From positions 589 to 64,588 of the IMG/VR virus record IMGVR_UViG_3300047160_021165: DNA of 64,000 nucleotides. One strand, given 5' to 3'. This document shows positions 55,618-64,000 of this stretch, one piece after another (the stretch's first letter is position 1; each line of letters starts with the position of its first letter). The notes beneath the pieces are model-generated. The model searched no databases and had not been told where the DNA came from. It saw only the letters and a list, made by a program, of their open reading frames with translations. The DNA is from a virus. Both the position numbers and the translations under genes were made by a program.

Positions 55618-58600
55618 TTAGCTCAATACGTTGAGGGTTATCAACGAGGCCTTAGTACGGGCCAATTCGATATCGGAAACTACTACGTTAGCGCTTGGGG
55701 TAGTGATTTGTACGTCAGTAATACCCTGAATCCCCATGATATCTTCGATTATGGCAGCCAATACTATTTCTTTACCGATTCCCAAGCTGTTAACATAAGC
55801 GATAACAGCCGTCTGAATTTGGTTAGTAACGTTGTTTAAGGCAATACCAGGAGCCAAGCCTACATTGATTACAAATTCAGCTTCCAGAACTAATGGAGGT
55901 AGAATCTCGAATTTAACTCCGGCAGCTCCAACTCCAGGATACGTAGTTAAATTGGTTTCGTCCCCATAGATAGTACTATGAACAGTTTTAATTAGTCCGG
56001 TATAGTATGAGTAAGCTTGGAGCCCGTTAATCAAAGTATTGGAAAACTCCAGCAAATTATTGGCTTTACCACCAGTAACTTGAACATAACCATCAGATCC
56101 GTTTTGGAGAGAGGCTATTTGGATCCTAGAATCGTTTTCAGCCAAAACTACTTCAGCATAAGAAGCCAAGGACGTGATTTGGTTGTTATTAAAGTAAGAA
56201 ACCACGTTCTCTTTAGTTCCTGGAATCACTACGAAAGTATCAGCCGGGCTAGGAGTATGAGTTACTGGGTTAGCTAAAGTTATAGCACCACTTACATTAT
56301 TCCAATCGCTTATTTGTCTTCTTTGGCCTACTAAACCGCTACCACTAGCCGTAGAGGCTTCGATAACACCATTTGCATTAGTTACCTTAACCCAGAAAGT
56401 AAACGGTATCCAAGAAGTACCATTATATTGATATGTTGCTGATAACGCAGTAATGATGACGGTATCGTTAGTAGATGGTATTTCATATGTCCAGGAAGAT
56501 CCAGTCCATTGAGCTATTTCATTAGCTTTACCACCCCATACGTTGGCAGTCCAAGTATTAGTGTTGAGTGAGTATTGGTACAAAGAGGCTACATCCAATA
56601 CATCTCTTACTTCTTCATCTTGGGAATGGGTAAATACCCAAATAGAGCCATTCCATGTAGCTACTTCTCCTGCTTTACCGCCCCAATCGTTCTCAATCCA
56701 AGTTCCGCTACCACCATCAAATTGGTAAAAATGCATGGAATGCTCATCATATACGACATCTCCAGCACTAGGGGTAATGAATAACCAGCCAGGAGTTCCA
56801 ATCCCGTTATAGTAAGCTATTTGGTTGTTGTGGCCAGTCCAAGCGCCTACACCGGAACCATTTACTATATATCGGTATCCATTGATTTCGGATACTCCAG
56901 GGCTGCTAGGATCGGTGTACAAGCCTTTGACATCTGGTTGGGTTACGCTGTTAGCTGCTGCAGCTACGATCCAGGCTTGACCTACAGATGGGGTTAAAGC
57001 ACTAGGATTCGATACACTTGCGCTTTGGATATTAACGCCATTGACCACAGTATTAGCTGCCACAGCGATTAAATGTCTATCACCAGTTGTAGGAGTTAAA
57101 GCGCTGGGATTAGAGACGGTATTATCGATTACTGGACTATGAACAGTATTTATGCTAGTAATTCCAGTGACTAGGAAGTTACCGTCGTTGTTCAAGCTAT
57201 TCATATTGCTGAAAGAAGCCTGATCTCCAACAGCAAAGTTCTGGAATCCGCTAGGGACACTTGTGAAGTTATATTGGAAAGTTGTTCCAGTTGGGTTAGT
57301 TACATTAGCCACAGCCCCAGATATTGTGTTAGCCCCAGTTTTAAAGACTAGCCAGAAGTTTTCTAGAATTTCATCTATAGAGAAAGTGGAAGTTAGACCA
57401 GAAGCCCCGAATAAAGTTGTACTAGATCCGGAAGTTACGGTTCCTGGATAACTCATAGTTATGGTGAATGTTTCCCCAGAGGTATTTTGATCCATAACTA
57501 CGACTAAGGTATCGCCCTCTATGAAGGAGTAAGGCCCAGAAGTACCAGATAAAATATAAGCAGTATGAGGCAAAATACTGTGGACAGTGGTATTTGTGGT
57601 GAAGCCAAAGATGGTATTGGATGTAGAACTAGAGCTTATGGAAATGCTTCCAGCTCCAGTATCGTAGGAATTAGTTCTTATTTCCAAGTAACTTCTGGAA
57701 TTTACGGTTCTAGTAACCGCTGTTCCGCCAACCAGAGTAGTATTAATGGTGGCAGCTACTTGAGCAGCTGATTGGTTCAAAGCAGCAGAGAAAGTGATAG
57801 TCTGAGGACTGCCCCCATCCACTGTAACTACTAGAGTTTCCCCACCAGAAAAACTATAGTTGCCTGGGTTAGCCGCGGTTAAGAAAGCTCTGGTCAAAGC
57901 CGTCCCAGCAGTTACTTTATCTCCAGAAACGAGAGGGTTATTTAGTTGGATAACTCCCAAATCAGCGTTCAGAATGTAGTCAGAATTGACACCAGTTACT
58001 GGTGTTAAGGAGAAGCCCAAAGTGGTAGCAGCTGTAGATGAATTTATTTGTATAGAGCTCAATGAAGAAAGGCCGGTGTTAGACACCAAGCGTACTTTAC
58101 CGTTAGCATCTGAAGCAGTGGCTCCTGCTAATTGGGCGTTGATAACAGCGGCCACTTGGGTAGCTGTAGCGGAGGCTGGAGTAGGGAAGTCTGCAGCATG
58201 GAAAGTAATCGTTTGTTGGTTGGCAGATTTACCGTCTACAACCACCAACAGTGTTTGTGTCGAGGAGAAGTTGTAAGGCTCGATATTTCCGGAATCTAGA
58301 AGAGCTGTTTCCCCATCCTTGGATAATAACTGGTCATTTTTATACAAATAAAACGTATATACGGTTTCAGTTGGGAATTCTAGAATGGAGTTAGCAGTTC
58401 CGCCGGTTACTGTTATTTGTTCGTTAGTATCGGCTTTGGCAGTAATAACTAAAGCAGTACCAACATCAGCTGTTCTAGCCTCTACCAAAGTGCTTACATT
58501 GTTGATGGCATTTACTACTTCGAGAGCCGTAGCAGCGCTAGGTATAGCGAAATCATTTGTGAAAAAGGTTATAGTTTCAGCCTGATTGCCCACATTGATG

Positions 58601-59784
58601 GTCAAAGTCAGGTCATTAGTTGACATATCATAAGGAGCAAAAGCTAAAGTTGCGACTTGAGCCTTAACTATTGGGAAAAACTCAGTTTGAAGCCTTTGTT
58701 CTCCGCCCAGAGCAGAAGCTATAATTACTTCTTCCCCTTGGTTGGCATAGCTTGGCTCAAAGCCAGTACCATCATCGATGTAGATTTTTACAGGCAATCC
58801 TACACTGTTAGGTTGGAGTATATTGGCTGATACAACACTTTTAGCGGAAGCTGGATCTGTCAAACCCAAGATAGCATTTTGAATACCGGAGGTTGTGGAC
58901 TGAGCCAAACCTTGGATAAAAGATCTGATTCTGTTTCGAAGTGAAGTATCGGTTTCTAGATCCTGACCATTAGAGAAAGCCAAATCGTTAGTAGCTCTTG
59001 CACCTGAGAATGGAGGATTTATGAAAGCGGAAGTACCTGTTATTGCACCTACTGCTATATTCCCAACAGTTCCGACCTGAGTACATTGGACGTCTACGTT
59101 ATCTACTTCAGACGTACCCGCCAAAAGTACCGCATCTGCAGTGGTGGTAAAGGTAACTTGTTGGGAAATTCCCACTGCTGGAACCTGAACTATTGTTCCA
59201 GCTGGTATTAATATATCCGCATTTTGTTTTAAAATAACAAGCTCAGAAGCCGCGTGATCATGAGTTAGAGGAACATCTAGAGTTATTTTGTAGTAATTTG
59301 TGAAGTTTTGAGGGTTATTAACACCAGGAGTATATGTAACTTGTTCCTGATTAACGGTGCCACTACCAACAATTAGACTTTGTTGAGCACCAGATGTAGG
59401 GAATCCTACTCCGTTATTGATATAAATGACAGTGTCGCCAGCTATAGCAGATCTAAAACCAGTATAGAAAGAACTAGAAATCTCAACAAAAGAAGCGGCC
59501 TGTTGTATAGTAATACGGCCCGTGGCAGCTGTAGCTTGGTTTCTAGTCAAACCATATTCGAAAGCCCGGTTATCCAGATCAGTCCCTGTAGTAGTGTCCA
59601 GGTTGTAATTACGGACAATTTGGAGCATTTGGTAATATTGAGCAAAATCTTCCTGAGCTGCAGCTTGCAGTAAAGTCAGTAGGATAGAGCCTGGGTTTAA
59701 ATCGTTTAAACCAGTTTGAGCCAGAATGGTTCTGGCCATACTACCTACAATTTGTTGTTCGCTTTTCAGGGTTAGATTTGACAT
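55618..59784 (-). CDS. Baseplate J-like wedge protein, enlarged by insertions (1388 aa)
   Basis: ATGTDLD-like TTGTDLD, GTVGN, GQDLETDTSLRNRI and C-terminal IAYVNSLGIG..IQGITDVQI motifs. Confidence 0.85.
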   Translation of the reverse strand: MSNLTLKSEQQIVGSMARTILAQTGLNDLNPGSILLTLLQAAAQEDFAQYYQMLQIVRNYNLDTTTGTDLDNRAFEYGLTRNQATAATGRITIQQAASFVEISSSFYTGFRSAIAGDTVIYINNGVGFPTSGAQQSLIVGSGTVNQEQVTYTPGVNNPQNFTNYYKITLDVPLTHDHAASELVILKQNADILIPAGTIVQVPAVGISQQVTFTTTADAVLLAGTSEVDNVDVQCTQVGTVGNIAVGAITGTSAFINPPFSGARATNDLAFSNGQDLETDTSLRNRIRSFIQGLAQSTTSGIQNAILGLTDPASAKSVVSANILQPNSVGLPVKIYIDDGTGFEPSYANQGEEVIIASALGGEQRLQTEFFPIVKAQVATLAFAPYDMSTNDLTLTINVGNQAETITFFTNDFAIPSAATALEVVNAINNVSTLVEARTADVGTALVITAKADTNEQITVTGGTANSILEFPTETVYTFYLYKNDQLLSKDGETALLDSGNIEPYNFSSTQTLLVVVDGKSANQQTITFHAADFPTPASATATQVAAVINAQLAGATASDANGKVRLVSNTGLSSLSSIQINSSTAATTLGFSLTPVTGVNSDYILNADLGVIQLNNPLVSGDKVTAGTALTRAFLTAANPGNYSFSGGETLVVTVDGGSPQTITFSAALNQSAAQVAATINTTLVGGTAVTRTVNSRSYLEIRTNSYDTGAGSISISSSSTSNTIFGFTTNTTVHSILPHTAYILSGTSGPYSFIEGDTLVVVMDQNTSGETFTITMSYPGTVTSGSSTTLFGASGLTSTFSIDEILENFWLVFKTGANTISGAVANVTNPTGTTFQYNFTSVPSGFQNFAVGDQASFSNMNSLNNDGNFLVTGITSINTVHSPVIDNTVSNPSALTPTTGDRHLIAVAANTVVNGVNIQSASVSNPSALTPSVGQAWIVAAAANSVTQPDVKGLYTDPSSPGVSEINGYRYIVNGSGVGAWTGHNNQIAYYNGIGTPGWLFITPSAGDVVYDEHSMHFYQFDGGSGTWIENDWGGKAGEVATWNGSIWVFTHSQDEEVRDVLDVASLYQYSLNTNTWTANVWGGKANEIAQWTGSSWTYEIPSTNDTVIITALSATYQYNGTSWIPFTFWVKVTNANGVIEASTASGSGLVGQRRQISDWNNVSGAITLANPVTHTPSPADTFVVIPGTKENVVSYFNNNQITSLASYAEVVLAENDSRIQIASLQNGSDGYVQVTGGKANNLLEFSNTLINGLQAYSYYTGLIKTVHSTIYGDETNLTTYPGVGAAGVKFEILPPLVLEAEFVINVGLAPGIALNNVTNQIQTAVIAYVNSLGIGKEIVLAAIIEDIMGIQGITDVQITTPSANVVVSDIELARTKASLITLNVLS

Positions 59785-59788
59785 ATTA

Positions 59789-59818
59789 ATCTCACACTAT
59801 CTCACATAATCTCACACT
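59789..59818. repeat. 3 x 10-bp tandem repeat ATCTCACA(CT/TA)
   Basis: ATCTCACACT ATCTCACATA ATCTCACACT fills the intergenic gap. Confidence 0.85.
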
Positions 59819-62333
59819 ACACTGGGATGGTAATGGGGACTGGTTGTTGAATGTTATTAAAGAAAACTGAGAACGATAACGTAAGAGTTCCACCCTCTTG
59901 GACTATATTGATTTTGGTTACATCGTTGATCCTAGAATCTTGCAACAAAGAAGCCGTGATATCCGATCTCAAAGATGCTAAATCTGGCACTTTTTTACCA
60001 GGATTCAAACTAGATCCAATGGTAGGAAATTTCTTTAAGCTACCTTTACTATACAACAATTTCAGCACAATTGCCTGCGCAGCGTTGATATATCCCGCCG
60101 CTACATTGAGATCTCCGCTTGGTAGAAGATCTAAGTCCATGTTACTATTGAGTTTTAAGTCAACATCTAGACTTTTTTGTATATAAGGAAGGCTATTTGT
60201 ATAAGGGTTGTCTCTTGGCCCGTAAGAACTAGAAGCTGTAGGCGCAGTAGTATCAGCAGGAATCTTAATATTATCGCCAGGTTTCAGAACTCCATCCGTA
60301 GAGAATGTGGACGGGTCCAGAACAACCCAAGAACCATTGTCATATTGGAGATAGGTTTGATCCGCCAAAGAATACACGATCATTCCGGATTCTGGGAAAA
60401 TAAACTGCCAATTAGAAGCGTTGGATACTAACCCACCAAGGTATTTGGCAATATAATTACTCTTACCTGCAAAAGCCCCAGCAGGAGTGGGGGCGGCGGG
60501 GATTAAATAGGTATAACCTATGTTAATTACACGGATATCTGCGGAATTGCTATATTTCTCAGATTGGACGTTAAACGCAGGAGCTAGAGCATCTTGGAGA
60601 CTTATTATATATGGGGCTTTCAAGCCGTTTAAATCGGCAATTTCGGTCCATCTAGAGGTATCTCCGAGTTCCTTAAGAGCTATGTCCTCCAGAGTCATAT
60701 TGGCCGGCAATGGACCTTCTTTGATCCCCGTATTAGGATCCAATACACTGAAGATTCCCTGACCGATTGTATCAGCGCCGTTATTTGAGCCTGCAGTGGT
60801 ATAAATCTGAGAATTCGTATCAAAAAGGGTATCGCTGCTCACTAAACCATTAGCACTATTGATCAATTGACTCATCGCATAGAGCATTTCGAATTGATCA
60901 TCGCTGAACTGAGTTTGGCTGTTAGCTACAGAAGTTTGGGTGGTGTTGAAAATACTGTTGTAAGTAGGATCGGTTAGACCTACTCCGTTAGCTAATAAAT
61001 CATAAGTACTTTTAATTTGTTCTTTGATTACTTCAACTTCTGCTTTGGAAATAGTTGCTGCAGATTGTTGTAGGGATTGAATATCAGAAGATATACTAGC
61101 TGGAAGTTGTCCAGCTGAAATAGAGGTCATTAAGGGAGCTTCCGTATCCAAAAGCTGACCAATTAAATTACTCACGGCTTGTGGACTAATGCTTCCTGGA
61201 TTTTTCGCCGTGTTTATATAACTCAACCCCGTTTTAACAGGAGTGGCGTTTCTAGGAGATGTATTTGAGCTTTCAGAATTCCTAGTATTGGTGGCTGATT
61301 GCACCATACTATTACCGATGGTATTCAACAATGCGAAGGAATCTCTGTTGGAAAGCTTCTTGACTGTGGCAATAGTTAAATCACCCAAGTTTAGGGGGGC
61401 GAAAATAGAAGCTTTAGAGGCTAATTTCAAACGATTTATGGAGTCTGAAAGAGCTGATAAATCTCCAGTAATTTGCTTAGAAGCGTCTGTATTCAGTTTG
61501 AAGAGCAAATGAGTATTGTTTAGTTCGGTGGCGATATCGTTGATTTTATTGACTACCAGCTCGAACAATGGTTTGTCTATGGTTTTGGCGCCGATGACCC
61601 TGAATTGTATGTTGTAGTCATACAAAAGAGGTCTTTGGGCATTCCTGCGCATAGTAAATTTGCGAGGTTCTACATACAAGAATTCCCAATCCTTGTAGTT
61701 TTTCCACAACATACGAATGTCAGTGGTTCCAGCTTTGGATTTAGCTTCATGATAAGCTTTGATCCATTGGCGGAAATGTTGGAACACTTCGTAACCACTA
61801 CGATATTGTAGATCATCTGGATTGCCAAGGGATAGACCAGTATATTTGTCCACACCTAGAGTTCCACGATAAGGAGCTACGCCGGTTGTTCCGGCTATGA
61901 TCAAGGTTTTATATTTATTGCCGGAATGGTTAACAACTGTGCCGCCTTGAGTAGGATTGAAGGATACAGCGAATTCTTCATCCTGATTAATTTCTTGAGG
62001 AGTTATAGGTAGATCGAACTCTCCAAAAGAAGTATCCACTTTTCCAATATTGGCTAATGAGTTGAACGTGGAATAAATATTCTGAATAAATTGAGGAAAT
62101 TCACTAACTAAGGAAGATCCGGAGCCTACTGGTTCAACAGAAAGAGCATAAAGGCCTTGAGATGGAGTTTGATACCAATTTTGTCTTTGAAAATCATTAG
62201 TTATGGATTGATCTGGATAAGTAGGAAAATGGGGTTCTGGACTGATTAGACCGAAAGTAGATGCTAACCCCCTAGTTGCACTAGCGATATTATTTATTAA
62301 ATCGGCAGTATCGGCTATGGTGATCTTTGACAT
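59817..62333 (-). CDS. Multi-domain baseplate protein (tube-initiator-like N-terminus, LysM-like, gp25-like C-terminus)
   Basis: TLEDIALKELGDTSRWTEIADLN (LysM/gpX-like); DLKL..GDL..AQAI..L..KGSL..P.IG (gp25/gpW-like). Confidence 0.65.
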   Translation of the reverse strand: MSKITIADTADLINNIASATRGLASTFGLISPEPHFPTYPDQSITNDFQRQNWYQTPSQGLYALSVEPVGSGSSLVSEFPQFIQNIYSTFNSLANIGKVDTSFGEFDLPITPQEINQDEEFAVSFNPTQGGTVVNHSGNKYKTLIIAGTTGVAPYRGTLGVDKYTGLSLGNPDDLQYRSGYEVFQHFRQWIKAYHEAKSKAGTTDIRMLWKNYKDWEFLYVEPRKFTMRRNAQRPLLYDYNIQFRVIGAKTIDKPLFELVVNKINDIATELNNTHLLFKLNTDASKQITGDLSALSDSINRLKLASKASIFAPLNLGDLTIATVKKLSNRDSFALLNTIGNSMVQSATNTRNSESSNTSPRNATPVKTGLSYINTAKNPGSISPQAVSNLIGQLLDTEAPLMTSISAGQLPASISSDIQSLQQSAATISKAEVEVIKEQIKSTYDLLANGVGLTDPTYNSIFNTTQTSVANSQTQFSDDQFEMLYAMSQLINSANGLVSSDTLFDTNSQIYTTAGSNNGADTIGQGIFSVLDPNTGIKEGPLPANMTLEDIALKELGDTSRWTEIADLNGLKAPYIISLQDALAPAFNVQSEKYSNSADIRVINIGYTYLIPAAPTPAGAFAGKSNYIAKYLGGLVSNASNWQFIFPESGMIVYSLADQTYLQYDNGSWVVLDPSTFSTDGVLKPGDNIKIPADTTAPTASSSYGPRDNPYTNSLPYIQKSLDVDLKLNSNMDLDLLPSGDLNVAAGYINAAQAIVLKLLYSKGSLKKFPTIGSSLNPGKKVPDLASLRSDITASLLQDSRINDVTKINIVQEGGTLTLSFSVFFNNIQQPVPITIPV

Positions 62334-62369
62334 CTAAATCTTCCACTTAAAGAGAAAATACATATCTAA

Positions 62370-62378
62370 ATTATATCA
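62370..62378 (-). promoter_or_regulatory. Extended -10 promoter TGATATAAT
   Basis: Immediately after the TAG of 62379-63005. Confidence 0.6.
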
Positions 62379-63005
62379 CTAAGCTATAGTGCCCCCGGCT
62401 CCAGTTCCGTTGGCGAGAGGACCCCCTCCTGGAGGGCAAGTACCCGTAATTGTTCCAGTTGCGTAGCTAACGGAGGCATTAGCCATTATGTAATTGCACA
62501 AAGCCGTATAGAAGCCTATAGCCATCGGTCCAGTAGCTCCTACGGCTGCTGCAGCCGCTGCACCGCTTAAACCCGTTATCATACCGCCTGTACCCGCTCC
62601 AGCAACCAGAGGACCCGGACTAGTGGGAGTGTTGGTACAATTCCCAACAATACTACCAGGTTGGAACACGACTAGACCGGTAGATATGTAAGAAATAATA
62701 CCTACATTTTCTTTCGAAATTCCTGGGGAAGTAGCAAAGGCTGGGAGGGTTTGCGCTAGCATTGGACCTGGGGTAACCACCATCACCCCACCAGTCCCAG
62801 CACCAGCCACCAGAGGCGCTCCAGACACGGTAGTACCCACGATAGTGTTTGGGGGGTTAGAAACCGTTCCAGCCTGCAGAGCAGCCACGATACCAGCTGC
62901 ATATGCAGTAGTCTGGTTGGGGCTGGATAGTGGCCCTCCCTGGCTATTTATATGGACGGGGAAGGTTTGAATCAGCATGTTTGCTAAATCATTGGAACTT
63001 AACAT
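62379..63005 (-). CDS. Gly-rich three-repeat protein, spike-tip candidate
   Basis: Three G.PL.(A/N)G.G.GG repeats; directly downstream of the spike gene. Confidence 0.55.
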   Translation of the reverse strand: MLSSNDLANMLIQTFPVHINSQGGPLSSPNQTTAYAAGIVAALQAGTVSNPPNTIVGTTVSGAPLVAGAGTGGVMVVTPGPMLAQTLPAFATSPGISKENVGIISYISTGLVVFQPGSIVGNCTNTPTSPGPLVAGAGTGGMITGLSGAAAAAAVGATGPMAIGFYTALCNYIMANASVSYATGTITGTCPPGGGPLANGTGAGGTIA

Positions 63006-63006
63006 A

Positions 63007-64000
63007 TTAGCCCCCAGTTATCAGTTGGATCTGGGTCAAAAGTTGAATGTATTGTGCCACGTTAGTTAATGGAGCACCAAATCCGGCCGCAGTGTCAGTG
63101 CTCAGGGTCTGAATTAGGGTTTGAAGAATTTGAAGAGCATCTCCACTAGCATTCCCCAGCTTTATGAACCCTGTAGCATCGAAACTTAGGTTAGCCCCAT
63201 TTAAACTCTTCAATGAAATGGCCCCATTACTTATGGATAGCGCATCTCCAGCTAAATCTTTCAGACTTACAGATCCATTGCTTAAATCCAAGGCATCTCC
63301 GCCCGTGTTTTTAAGAGATATAGCATTAGAGCCTATGGAAAAGGAATCCCCAGTAGCAGTAGCTAGCTTAAAGCCAGAACTTGTGCTCAAGGCAAGAGAA
63401 CTCCCACCAATTGTAGATACTTTGAACGTATCTGTAGGCCCGTCTATGCTCCAAGATGTTCCTATGGCAGTTGCTACAGATACAGTGTCTTTCAGGCCAT
63501 CTGCTGTTACAGTTAATCCTGGTAGGAAGCTGAGCTTTAGGTTGTATTCGTTGTTGAGGGTTACAGATACGGCTTCTTCTTGTCCAGGTAATGGGGCGAA
63601 TTGATTAACGAATGGAGCTAGAGGATTTTCCGGATTTGGGAAATATGGGACGTAAGCTCCGTTATCTTTTGTCCAGCTGAACTCCCCATTCTTATCTATA
63701 TCGGTAGCAATACCGTTGAATCTATGGGCATAAAGAGGCCCTTCTAGGGTACTAGCGTCTCTAGGAGCTTGTTGATGGTTGCCTAAACCCACGATTACGG
63801 GCATGTGGGGGTCGCCATTTAGGAATTGAATATAAACTACGTCTCCACCGAGAGTTGGAATAGATCTCAGAGAAGGATCGGCTGCAGCCACGATTTCGGT
63901 GATATCAGCGTTAGAAATACCTTGGGTTGCCTTAAGGGAGATTTCCTCATAGTTGTCAAAACCACCTAAAGTTCTCAGAACTCTGGCGTTATTGAAGATT
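63007..64000 (-). CDS. Baseplate central spike (gp5/gpV-like), partial (5' end beyond window)
   Basis: OB-fold PTLGGDVVYIQFLNGDPHMPVIVG followed by beta-helix-like S/L/D-G repeats; frame open to the window edge. Confidence 0.75.
   Translation of the reverse strand, partial: IFNNARVLRTLGGFDNYEEISLKATQGISNADITEIVAAADPSLRSIPTLGGDVVYIQFLNGDPHMPVIVGLGNHQQAPRDASTLEGPLYAHRFNGIATDIDKNGEFSWTKDNGAYVPYFPNPENPLAPFVNQFAPLPGQEEAVSVTLNNEYNLKLSFLPGLTVTADGLKDTVSVATAIGTSWSIDGPTDTFKVSTIGGSSLALSTSSGFKLATATGDSFSIGSNAISLKNTGGDALDLSNGSVSLKDLAGDALSISNGAISLKSLNGANLSFDATGFIKLGNASGDALQILQTLIQTLSTDTAAGFGAPLTNVAQYIQLLTQIQLITGG

Noticed and set aside
1-64000. Stop-codon reassignment
   Set aside because: Genes are full-length in the standard code, and TAA, TAG and TGA all end genes that abut the next one.

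Overview
The whole window is a segment of a large contractile-tailed (myovirus-like) dsDNA phage genome. It uses the standard genetic code, and I found no integrase, tRNA or CRISPR array. Three blocks are visible. (1) 1-36463, minus strand: structural paralogues, UNG, a Bfd-like 2Fe-2S protein, GH24 endolysin, an NRAMP-family transporter, two ClpP-like proteases, GroES, an FKBP-like protein, portal, terminase, a RuvC/Rad50/Mre11/RecA recombination set, dNMP kinase, family A DNA polymerase, class II RNR, dUTPase, primase-helicase, SSB, GroEL and a CYTH enzyme. (2) 36928-44346, plus strand: a small-gene, early-type block with an SF2 helicase, lytic transglycosylase, SAM decarboxylase and micro membrane proteins. 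It diverges from block 1 across an AT-rich control region (36464-36927). (3) 44343-64000, minus strand: tail fibre and baseplate genes, with the spike gene truncated at the window end. The most striking unexplained signal is regulatory. Eight intergenic or gene-boundary sites match the flagellar sigma28 (FliA) promoter consensus (TAAA-N15/16-nCCGATAA) and precede non-structural units. Six TGnTATAAT extended -10 sites precede mostly structural and lysis units. Other highlights are the phage-borne metal transporter and Bfd, a chaperone/protease toolkit, and three DUF2793-like domains nested inside one another in the baseplate J protein. All calls come from reading motifs by eye; no database searches were run.
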